This document shows positions 9,008 to 17,014 of a DNA stretch of 22,790 nucleotides, piece after piece. The notes beneath the pieces were generated by a model that saw only the letters and a list, made by a program, of their open reading frames with translations, searched no databases and was not told the origin of the DNA. The translations under genes and the position numbers were made by a program. Location of the stretch: the NCBI GenBank assembly GCA_039801885.1, contig JBDRVN010000024.1, positions 1 to 22,790 on the forward strand, in the 5' to 3' direction. The stretch is from a candidate division WOR-3 bacterium. GTDB lineage: Bacteria; Hydrothermota; Tepidihabitantia; Tepidihabitantales; DTDR01. The number at the start of each line of letters is the position of its first letter. Position 1 is the stretch's first letter.

Positions 9008-9221
9008 CTTAAAGGAGTTAAAAATTAATAAAAAGGTAAAGATAAAAAAGATTAACCTTTCTTCTTATTATTTAAAAAGATTAAATCTTTTAGGAATAAA
9101 AAAAGGAAGTAAAATTGAAAAAATGGGCAAAATTAGTAGTTTGTTAATTTTTAAAACCAAGAAAGGTGTTCTGGTTTTGCCAGAAAATTTGGCAAAGGAG
9201 GTTTTAGTTGAAAATGAATAA
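8973..9221 (+). CDS. feoA: divergent FeoA-family protein (start uncertain; GTG 8982 is an alternative)
   Basis: LKEL..KVKI..KRLNLLGIKKGSKI..AKEVLVE FeoA pattern; lies between fur and feoA. Confidence 0.7.
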   Translation: MGIVKNAKKVCNLKELKINKKVKIKKINLSSYYLKRLNLLGIKKGSKIEKMGKISSLLIFKTKKGVLVLPENLAKEVLVENE

Positions 9222-9462
9222 TTTCCCATTGGTTGATTTGGCAAGTTTGGAAGAAGGTTCTTCGGCAGAGGTTGTAAAAATTCTTGGTGGTTGGAGAATA
9301 CATTCTCGTTTAGAAGGTTTAGGAATTTATGAAGGAGTAAAAATAAGAAAGATAAGCAAATCCCTTTTAAGAGGTCCGGTAATAATTGAGGTGAAAAACT
9401 GTAAAGTAGCAATCGGTTACGGTATGGCAAAGAAGATATTAGTGAAAAAGAGCAGTGATTAA
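9208..9462 (+). CDS. feoA: FeoA ferrous iron transport protein A
   Basis: RLEGLGIYEG, GPVIIEV, VAIGYGMAKKILV. Confidence 0.9.
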   Translation: MKMNNFPLVDLASLEEGSSAEVVKILGGWRIHSRLEGLGIYEGVKIRKISKSLLRGPVIIEVKNCKVAIGYGMAKKILVKKSSD

Positions 9463-11170
9463 AAAGATTCTTCTTTTCGGCAATCCGAATGTTGGTAAAT
9501 CAGTAATTTTTACCCGTTTAACAGGCACAACAGTAATTGTGAGTAATTACCCCGGAACAACCGTTGAATATCATCAAGGAGATACCAGATTAAATAATGA
9601 AAAAGTAAAGGTTATTGATGTACCAGGAATATATTCTTTAACCGAACCAACTAATCCAGCCGAAGAAGTAGCAAAAGAGATGTTAGAAAAGGCAAAAGAA
9701 GAAGGTTCTTTTATTGTTATTAATGTTATTGACGCGACAAATCTGGAAAGAAATTTGAATTTAACATTGCAATTAATAAAAGAAAAAGTTCCGATGATAA
9801 TTGCTTTAAATCTCTGTGATGAGGCAAGGCATTTAGGTATTGAGATTGATTATAAAAAACTTTCTCAAATTTTAGATTTACTAATATTTCCTACTTGTGC
9901 AATAACGGGCGAAGGGATAAAGAATTTGAAAGAGAAATTAGATAAAGCAAAGATAAGTGATTTTCAATTTAAAGAAGAAGAGAGATGGCAAGAAATAGGT
10001 AGGATTATAAAAGAGGTTCAAAGAATCAGCCATCGCCATCATACTTTTTTAGAAAGGATAGAAGATTTTACAATCAAACCCTTTACTGGATTAATATCAG
10101 CAGTCATTATTTTATTTTTAACCTTTCTTTTAGTAAGATTAATTGGGGAAAATTTAACAAATTATCTTTTTGACCCTCTTTTTAATAATTTATATTTGCC
10201 AAATATGATAAAGCTGATAGAGAAAATAAAATCGCCTTTAATCTTTGACATTTTAATTGGCAAAGAGATAGAGCCATTAAAATCCTTTGGAATATTAAAT
10301 ACCGGTCTTTATATTCCTTTTGTTATTGTTTTACCTTATCTATTCGCCTTTTATTTAATTTTATCAATATTAGAAGATGTTGGTTATTTAGCAAGATTGG
10401 CAATAGTGTTTGATGGTCTTGGGCATCGCTTAGGCATTCATGGTTATTCTCTTATTCCAATAATTTTAGGTTTTGGTTGTAAAGTTCCAGCAGTTATGGC
10501 GACGAGGATTTTAGAAAGAAAAAAAGAAAGAATTTTGACAACCTTATTAATTTTGCTCTCTTCACCTTGTTTACCGCAAACAATAATGGTTATTGCTCTT
10601 TTAGCTCCTTATGGAATAAAGTATCTTTTTTTAATATTTTCTCTTTTAATATTTCTTTCTTTAATCGCTACTTTTATTTTAAATAGAATTTTTAAAGGAG
10701 AGGTCCAAGAGATCTTTATAGAAATTCCGCCTTATCGATTACCTTATTTTTCAATGGTTTTTAGAAAATTATATTTTCGGACAAAATTATTTATCAAAGA
10801 AGCGGTTCCTTTAATTATTGGTGGAATATTCTTTTTTGGAATATTAGATATTTTAAAAATTATTGAGTTTTTAAAATATTTTTCTGAGCCAATTTTTCAA
10901 AGATTCTTATCTCTACCAAAAGAAGTAGCAGCAGTGATGATAACTGGTTTTCTAAGAAAAGATGTCGGTATTGCTTTATTAGCTCCTTTTAATTTAGCTC
11001 CTAAACAATTAGTTATTGCATCAATATTTTTAATTATTTATCTACCTTGCCTTTCGACAACTTTAATTTTGATAAGGGAATTTAAAATTAAAGATGCTTT
11101 AAAAATAATCATTTTTCAATTATTATTAGGATTTTTAGTTTCTTTTATTTTAAATATTCTACTTAGTTAA
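9455..11170 (+). CDS. feoB: FeoB ferrous iron transporter (GTG start)
   Basis: G1 GNPNVGKS, G2 NYPGTT, G3 DVPG, G4 NLCD; LEDVGYLAR, GFGCKVPA, EIPPYRLP, YLPC; multiple TM helices. Confidence 0.95.
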   Translation: MIKKILLFGNPNVGKSVIFTRLTGTTVIVSNYPGTTVEYHQGDTRLNNEKVKVIDVPGIYSLTEPTNPAEEVAKEMLEKAKEEGSFIVINVIDATNLERNLNLTLQLIKEKVPMIIALNLCDEARHLGIEIDYKKLSQILDLLIFPTCAITGEGIKNLKEKLDKAKISDFQFKEEERWQEIGRIIKEVQRISHRHHTFLERIEDFTIKPFTGLISAVIILFLTFLLVRLIGENLTNYLFDPLFNNLYLPNMIKLIEKIKSPLIFDILIGKEIEPLKSFGILNTGLYIPFVIVLPYLFAFYLILSILEDVGYLARLAIVFDGLGHRLGIHGYSLIPIILGFGCKVPAVMATRILERKKERILTTLLILLSSPCLPQTIMVIALLAPYGIKYLFLIFSLLIFLSLIATFILNRIFKGEVQEIFIEIPPYRLPYFSMVFRKLYFRTKLFIKEAVPLIIGGIFFFGILDILKIIEFLKYFSEPIFQRFLSLPKEVAAVMITGFLRKDVGIALLAPFNLAPKQLVIASIFLIIYLPCLSTTLILIREFKIKDALKIIIFQLLLGFLVSFILNILLS

Positions 11171-11194
11171 CTTATCTAAATTTACTCATTTGGG

Positions 11195-11213
11195 ATAGGA
11201 GACTATCTCCTAT
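11195..11213. other. perfect inverted repeat after feoB (hairpin or operator)
   Basis: ATAGGAGA-CTA-TCTCCTAT; no following U tract. Confidence 0.55.
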
Positions 11214-11268
11214 ACTATTCAGGGAACGCCTTAGAAGTTTTTTATAGAACTATTTTAATTCTTCTATC

Positions 11269-11296
11269 TTGATTTTTTTAAACTTATAATTAAAAT
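11269..11296 (+). promoter_or_regulatory. candidate nadE promoter
   Basis: TTGATT(11269-11274)-16 bp-TAAAAT(11291-11296). Confidence 0.45.
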
Positions 11297-11309
11297 AAAA
11301 AACATAGGA

Positions 11310-12890
11310 ATGAGAATTGGTATAGCTCAATTAAATTCTACCGTAGGAGATTTCAAAGGGAATTTAAATAAAGTTCTAAATACTATTAAAAATGCTCGGC
11401 AAAGAAAAATAGATTTAGTCATTTTCCCAGAACTTTTTCTTACCGGTTATTTTCCTAAGGATTTATTAAAGAAACCAGATTTTCTTAATAATATAATAAG
11501 AAATTTAAATACGATTCTTTCTAATACCCAAGGAATTTCAATTATTATTGGATTGCCTTGGAAAATAGGAAGAAACCTTCTTAATGTTGCTTATTTAATA
11601 AAGGATAGAAAATTCTTAGGTTTTAGTGTAAAAACAAATCTCTCTTTAACTGAGAGAGATTATTTTACTCCTTCACAAAGAAGGATAATTTTTAATTTTA
11701 ACAATAGAAAATTAGGAATAATTATTGGCGAAGATTTAGAAGGAAGATATGAGGTAATAAGAGAATTGAAAAGAAAAGGTGCTGATTTGATTATCAATAT
11801 ATCAGCAAGACCTTTTTATTTGGGTAAAAATAAGGAAATAAAAGAGCTATTAAAAAGAAAAGCAAAAGAAAATAACATTAGAATAATCTATTGTAATTTG
11901 GTAGGCGGTAATGATGGAGAGATTTTTGATGGCGGTAGTATGGTAGTTTCGGAATATGGTGAAATTTTAATGAGGGCAAAGATATTTGAGGAAGATTTTA
12001 TTATTTACGACGAGAGTATTATTTATGCCCCTTTATTAGAAAAAAAAGAAGACGAAATGGAAAAAATTTATCAGGCAATTATTTTAGGAATTAGGGATTA
12101 TGTAAAAAAGAATAAATTTCAAAAAGTAATTTTAGGAATTTCTGGTGGGATTGATTCAAGTTTGGTTGCTATTTTAGCAACCTTGGCATTAGATAAAAGG
12201 AATGTGATTGGCTTGATAATGCCTGGACCTTATTCTTCACAAGAAAGTGTTGAAGATGCGTATACTTTAGCGAGAAATTTAGGGATAGAAGTTATTGAAA
12301 TTACTATCAATCACATATATCAAGAATACTTAAATACCTTGAAGCCAATTTTTAAAGGTTTACCTTTTGATAAAACTGAAGAAAATATTCAAGCACGAAT
12401 AAGAGGAAATTTGTTAATGGCTTTAGCAAATAAATTTAACTATTTAGTTTTGGCAACCGGTAATAAATCAGAAATGGTGGTTGGCTATACAACACTTTAT
12501 GGTGATATGAGCGGTGGTTTGGCACCGATTGCTGATTTAACGAAAACCGAAGTATATAAATTGGCAGAATATTTAAATAAGAAATTTAATTTAATTCCGC
12601 AAAGAATTTTAACTAAAAAGCCGTCTGCTGATTTACGACCTAATCAAGAAGATGAAAAGGATTTAATTCCTTATTCCCAATTAGATGAGATTATTAGATA
12701 TTATTTATTTGAAAATCAGCCTCTCCGAGATATTATAAAGAAAGGATTTTCACCAAAAGAGGTAAATAAAATTATTGGCTTGATTTATCAAAGTGAATTT
12801 AAAAGAAAACAGGCACCACTTAAATTAATCTTGAAAAAAGAAAGTTTTGATTTCCCAATTGTTAACAAATTTTATCCAACTCCTAAATAA
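11310..12890 (+). CDS. nadE: NAD+ synthetase, two-domain (glutamine-dependent-type architecture) with a degenerate glutaminase site
   Basis: Nitrilase-fold N domain (AQLN, FPELFLTGY, FDGGS); synthetase domain GISGGIDSS, ENIQARIRG, TGNKSE, GYTTLYGD, SEFKRKQAP. Confidence 0.95.
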   Translation: MRIGIAQLNSTVGDFKGNLNKVLNTIKNARQRKIDLVIFPELFLTGYFPKDLLKKPDFLNNIIRNLNTILSNTQGISIIIGLPWKIGRNLLNVAYLIKDRKFLGFSVKTNLSLTERDYFTPSQRRIIFNFNNRKLGIIIGEDLEGRYEVIRELKRKGADLIINISARPFYLGKNKEIKELLKRKAKENNIRIIYCNLVGGNDGEIFDGGSMVVSEYGEILMRAKIFEEDFIIYDESIIYAPLLEKKEDEMEKIYQAIILGIRDYVKKNKFQKVILGISGGIDSSLVAILATLALDKRNVIGLIMPGPYSSQESVEDAYTLARNLGIEVIEITINHIYQEYLNTLKPIFKGLPFDKTEENIQARIRGNLLMALANKFNYLVLATGNKSEMVVGYTTLYGDMSGGLAPIADLTKTEVYKLAEYLNKKFNLIPQRILTKKPSADLRPNQEDEKDLIPYSQLDEIIRYYLFENQPLRDIIKKGFSPKEVNKIIGLIYQSEFKRKQAPLKLILKKESFDFPIVNKFYPTPK

Positions 12891-13579
12891 ATCTTTTTTA
12901 CCTTTTCATTATTAATCAATTCTTCTGCCTTCCCTTCCAGCATTATTTTTCCAGTTTCTAAGACATATGCCCGATGGGCTATTGATAAAGCCTTAAAAGC
13001 ATTTTGTTCAATAAGTAAAATAGCGGTTCCTTCTTCGTTTATATTTTTAATTACTGAAAATATCTCTTCAACAAGAATTGGTGAGAGACCCATAGATGGT
13101 TCATCTAAGAGAAGTAATTTAGGTTTTGACATCAAACCTCGACCAATAGCAAGCATTTGCAATTCGCCACCGGAAAGGGTGCCTGCTGGCTGCTTTAGCC
13201 TTTCTTTCAAACGAGGAAAAATTCTAAAAACGAAGGAAATTCTTTCTTCAATCTCACTCTTTTTATTAACAAAATAGGCACCCAATCTTAAATTTTCATA
13301 AACAGTAAGATTGGCAAAAGGTTTTCTGCCTTCGGGCACTTGGATAATTCCCAATTTAGCAATTTGGGAAGGATTTAATTTTATTAAATCAATATTTTGA
13401 AAATAGATTTTGCCACTTATCGGTTTGATTAAACCGGAAATAGTTTTCAAAGTAGTTGTTTTACCGGCACCATTATTACCAATTAAGGCAGCGATTTCTT
13501 TTTCTCTAACTATTAAAGATATTCCTTGTAATGCTTTGATTATTCCGTAATTGACAAAAAGATTTTCAATGAAAAGCAT
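12872..13579 (-). CDS. livF: branched-chain amino acid ABC transporter ATP-binding protein LivF
   Basis: GNNGAGKTT, VPEGR, LSGGE, LLDEPSMGL, RAYVLETG. Start set at ATG 13579 (MLFIENL) after a purine-rich RBS. Confidence 0.93.
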   Translation of the reverse strand: MLFIENLFVNYGIIKALQGISLIVREKEIAALIGNNGAGKTTTLKTISGLIKPISGKIYFQNIDLIKLNPSQIAKLGIIQVPEGRKPFANLTVYENLRLGAYFVNKKSEIEERISFVFRIFPRLKERLKQPAGTLSGGELQMLAIGRGLMSKPKLLLLDEPSMGLSPILVEEIFSVIKNINEEGTAILLIEQNAFKALSIAHRAYVLETGKIMLEGKAEELINNEKVKKIYLGVG

Positions 13580-14336
13580 GCTCTCTTCCCAAATAGGCAG
13601 CAATTACTTTCGGATTATTTTGAATTTCTTCTGGTTTGCCTTCAGCAATAATTTCACCAAAATCCATAACAACAATTCTTTCGCAAAGGTTCATTATTAC
13701 CCGCATTTGGTGTTCAATAATAAAAATTGTTAATTTAAATTTTTCTTTAATAAATTTAATTAAATCCATTAAAAGGGAAGTTTCGCCAACAGTCATACCG
13801 CAAGAAGGCTCGTCCAATAAAAGAAGTTTAGGATTGAGGGCTAAAGCACGGGCAATTTCTAATTTTCTCATTTCACCATAGGGAAGGTTTCTTGCTAAAA
13901 TATTTATCTTTTTATCTAAATCAAAGAGTTTTAAGAACTGATAACATTTTTCCTTAATTTCCTTTTCAACCTTTTTAAAATTACCGGTACGCAAAATACT
14001 CTCGGTTGTTGAATAATTAATTTGGTAATTAAAAGCAAAAAGGATATTTTCCAAAACAGTTAAATTATTAAAAAGTCTAATATTTTGGAAAGTTCTTGAG
14101 ATTCCTGAATGGACAATCTGGTGGGGTAAAAGATTGGTAATATCCTTGTTTTGGAAGATTATTTTTCCGCTATCTGGTTTATAAAAGCCGGTTATTAAGT
14201 TAAAAACAGTTGTTTTACCAGCGCCATTTGGACCGATAAGACCGCATAACTCGCCTTCATTAAGGATGAGGTTAAAATTCTTTACTGCCTTTAAACCACC
14301 AAAAGATTTATTTAAATTTTCAATCTTTAATATCAT
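13566..14336 (-). CDS. livG: branched-chain amino acid ABC transporter ATP-binding protein LivG
   Basis: GPNGAGKTT, RTFQNIRLF, LPYG, LLDEP, IEH, VIAAYLG. Confidence 0.93.
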   Translation of the reverse strand: MILKIENLNKSFGGLKAVKNFNLILNEGELCGLIGPNGAGKTTVFNLITGFYKPDSGKIIFQNKDITNLLPHQIVHSGISRTFQNIRLFNNLTVLENILFAFNYQINYSTTESILRTGNFKKVEKEIKEKCYQFLKLFDLDKKINILARNLPYGEMRKLEIARALALNPKLLLLDEPSCGMTVGETSLLMDLIKFIKEKFKLTIFIIEHQMRVIMNLCERIVVMDFGEIIAEGKPEEIQNNPKVIAAYLGREHAFH

Positions 14337-14339
14337 TTT

Positions 14340-15215
14340 TTAATACTCTTTCTTTAGCCACATAATCTCTTTATTGCCAAAAATTCCTTGGGGTCTTAAG
14401 AGCATTAATAAAATTAATAAAAGAGGATAGATTACCAATCGCCAATCTAAGATTGCTTGAGGCAGAATTATTCTTAAACCCTCTAAGATAAAAACCCACA
14501 GAAAAGAAGCAATAATTGTTCCACTCATACTTCCTAAGCCACCTAAAACAATAATTAACATTAAGTCAATAGACCTTAAAAAATCAAAATTACTGGGATG
14601 GAGAAAACAATATAAGTGAGCATATAAAGTGCCGGAAAAACCAGCAAATGAACAACCAAGAGCAAATGCTAAAAGCCTTTGTTTATAAACATTTATTCCC
14701 ATTGCATAGGCAGCATTTTCATCTTCCCGAATGGCTATTAAATTTCTGCCAAATTTAGAATAAATAAGATTTCTTATAACAAGAATAACCAGAATTAAAG
14801 AAAATAAAACAATCGGTAAGTTAGTAAAATTGAGGATACCAAGCATTCCTCTTGAGCCGCCCATTTGGGGGAAAACTTTATCGGAATTATCTAATAATAC
14901 TTTCACAATTATTCCAAATCCTAAAGTAGCAATTCCCAAATAGTCTGATTTTAACTTTAAGATGGGGATAGCAATGAGATAACTAATTAAAAAGGTAAAA
15001 ATAACAGAAGAAACTATTGCTCCAATATAAATTAAATATCCATAATGAGAAAAAGATTTTGTTAATAATGCTGATAGATAAGCACCAATTCCCATAAAGG
15101 CAGCGTGTCCTAAAGAAAAGAGACCGGTATAGCCATAAATAAGATTTAACCCCAAGGCAGAAATTGTAATGCAACAGGCATAAGAAAAAATTTGGATTGC
15201 ATAGAGATTAATCAT
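14340..15215 (-). CDS. livM: branched-chain amino acid ABC transporter permease LivM
   Basis: GYTGLFSLGHAAF, DYLGIATLGFG, AIREDENAA, VLGGLGS, RPQG. Confidence 0.92.
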   Translation of the reverse strand: MINLYAIQIFSYACCITISALGLNLIYGYTGLFSLGHAAFMGIGAYLSALLTKSFSHYGYLIYIGAIVSSVIFTFLISYLIAIPILKLKSDYLGIATLGFGIIVKVLLDNSDKVFPQMGGSRGMLGILNFTNLPIVLFSLILVILVIRNLIYSKFGRNLIAIREDENAAYAMGINVYKQRLLAFALGCSFAGFSGTLYAHLYCFLHPSNFDFLRSIDLMLIIVLGGLGSMSGTIIASFLWVFILEGLRIILPQAILDWRLVIYPLLLILLMLLRPQGIFGNKEIMWLKKEY

Positions 15216-16102
15216 AATTTTATTCCCTCTTCTTTACCAAATAATCCTTGCGGACGGGTTAAAAGGACAACAATTAAAATGGCAAAAGCAATTGCATCTC
15301 GAAAAGTTGAAGATATAAAAGCAGCAGTAAAAACTTCCACCATTCCAATAATATAAGAACCTAAAACCGCGCCGGAAATTATGCCAATTCCTCCAAACAC
15401 AGCAGCAATAAATGCTTTTAGCCCAGGCATTATTCCCATATAGGGATGAATTTGGGGATAACAGATTCCGTATAAAACTCCGCCGGCACCGGCTAAAGCA
15501 GCACCTAAGGCAAAGGTTAAAGAAATTATATTATCAACATTTATTCCCATAAGTAAAGCCGTCTCTTTATCATAAGATACTGCGCGCATTGCCAAACCAA
15601 TTTTTGTTCTTTTGATTAGATAATCTAAAATCAATAATAAAACTAAGGTGATAAGAAAGACAATAATTTGAATAGAGGAGATGGTTAGACCTAAAAAATC
15701 AAAAGTAATAATCTTAAAAGGTCGGGGATAAGGTTGATAATCGGGACCAAAGATTATTTTTAAGGAAGTAAAATTTTCTAAGAAAAAAGAGACACCGATG
15801 GCAGTAATTAAAAGATTTATTCGCGGAACATTTTTCTTCCGCAGAGGAGCATAAGCAACTTTTTCAATAATAACATTGATAATCATACACAAGACCATTG
15901 AGAAGATAATTGCCAATAAGAAATTAAATTTTAGTCGAGTAATCGCATAAAAACCAAAATAGGCTCCAAGCATAAAAATATCGCCATGAGCAAAGTTGAT
16001 TAATCTAATTATTCCATAAATCATTGTATAGCCAAGAGAGATTAAGGCATAAACACTTCCTAATTGAAAACCATTAAGAAGCTGTTGAAAGAAATAGCTC
16101 AT
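15212..16102 (-). CDS. livH: branched-chain amino acid ABC transporter permease LivH
   Basis: GSVYALISLGYTMIYG, INFAHGD, GLAMRAV, KAFIAAVFGGIG, RPQGLFG. Confidence 0.94.
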   Translation of the reverse strand: MSYFFQQLLNGFQLGSVYALISLGYTMIYGIIRLINFAHGDIFMLGAYFGFYAITRLKFNFLLAIIFSMVLCMIINVIIEKVAYAPLRKKNVPRINLLITAIGVSFFLENFTSLKIIFGPDYQPYPRPFKIITFDFLGLTISSIQIIVFLITLVLLLILDYLIKRTKIGLAMRAVSYDKETALLMGINVDNIISLTFALGAALAGAGGVLYGICYPQIHPYMGIMPGLKAFIAAVFGGIGIISGAVLGSYIIGMVEVFTAAFISSTFRDAIAFAILIVVLLTRPQGLFGKEEGIKL

Positions 16103-16114
16103 TTTTTAAGATTA

Positions 16115-16972
16115 TTAAAAATAGAAAGTAAGATTAAAAATATGAGCAATTCCTAAGTTTTGATAAGGTAAAAATCCGTAAGAAAAAGCAACCGGCTCTT
16201 TCATAAATTCTAATCCCAAAGAGAAACGGGTTAAAAATCCTTCTTTAAAACCAAGATAACCCAAACGAAAGATAATAAGATTATTTATCATTAATTCCGT
16301 TCCTAAATGAAAATCTAATCCTAAGTTAGAATAAGCAAAACCAGTAGATAGAGATAAGCCATTATTTTTTGGCAGATTAATTAATTCGGTTAAATTTGCG
16401 CCAACTTCTAAAATAAATTCGGGTGTTTCTAATTTTTTAGTTTGGTAATAAGGTTTAAAGATAAATATTAAATTTTTTATCCCGTAGCCAAACCGAAAAA
16501 TATTAATTTCACTCATACCTAAAAAATTGATACCGGTTCCCAAAGAATAAAGGGTATCGCAAGAAGAATAAATAAGGTTGGTTAGAATGCCAATTTTTGA
16601 ATTTCCTAACTGATAACTAAAAAAAGGATTTAAAGAAATATGAGAATATAAATAAGAACCATACTCTTCACCAAATTCGTTAGTCTTTTTTATCTCGCCA
16701 CTGTTAAAATAATTAAGAAAAATTCCGTATTGATTTTTACCTTTATTTTCAGCGAAACCTAATCCACCAAAATGAGTATTTACTAAATAAGATATATAAC
16801 TAAAACTTACGGCTCGCTTTTTTATCCCTAAGGGATTACCGAAGATAAAATTAGTATAATAACTTGGTAGAACCTTATTTCCAGTAGTCAACTCATAAGG
16901 AGATAAAGAAACCTTTAATTCTTGATAACTAAAAAGGAAGGTAAAAATTAGAAAAGAAAATACTTTTCTCAT
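16115..16972 (-). CDS. PorV/PorQ-family (FadL-like) outer-membrane beta-barrel
   Basis: Short signal peptide; FGNPLG (NPA-like motif); YFNSGEIKKTNEFGEEYGSY; FRLGY; HIFNLTFYF terminal strand. Confidence 0.7.
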   Translation of the reverse strand: MRKVFSFLIFTFLFSYQELKVSLSPYELTTGNKVLPSYYTNFIFGNPLGIKKRAVSFSYISYLVNTHFGGLGFAENKGKNQYGIFLNYFNSGEIKKTNEFGEEYGSYLYSHISLNPFFSYQLGNSKIGILTNLIYSSCDTLYSLGTGINFLGMSEINIFRFGYGIKNLIFIFKPYYQTKKLETPEFILEVGANLTELINLPKNNGLSLSTGFAYSNLGLDFHLGTELMINNLIIFRLGYLGFKEGFLTRFSLGLEFMKEPVAFSYGFLPYQNLGIAHIFNLTFYF

Positions 16973-16978
16973 TTTTAT

Positions 16979-17006
16979 ATAATAATAAAATAAATTGATT
17001 TGTCAA
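16979..17006 (-). promoter_or_regulatory. promoter of the PorV/Q-liv operon, probably leaderless
   Basis: TTGACA(17006-17001)-16 bp-TATTAT(16984-16979), then 6 nt to ATG 16972. Confidence 0.65.
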
Positions 17007-17014
17007 ATAAATTA

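Noticed and set aside
11171..11309. NAD+ or other riboswitch ahead of nadE
   Set aside because: No aptamer I can recognise, and the hairpin lies upstream of the candidate nadE promoter. An Rfam scan would settle it.
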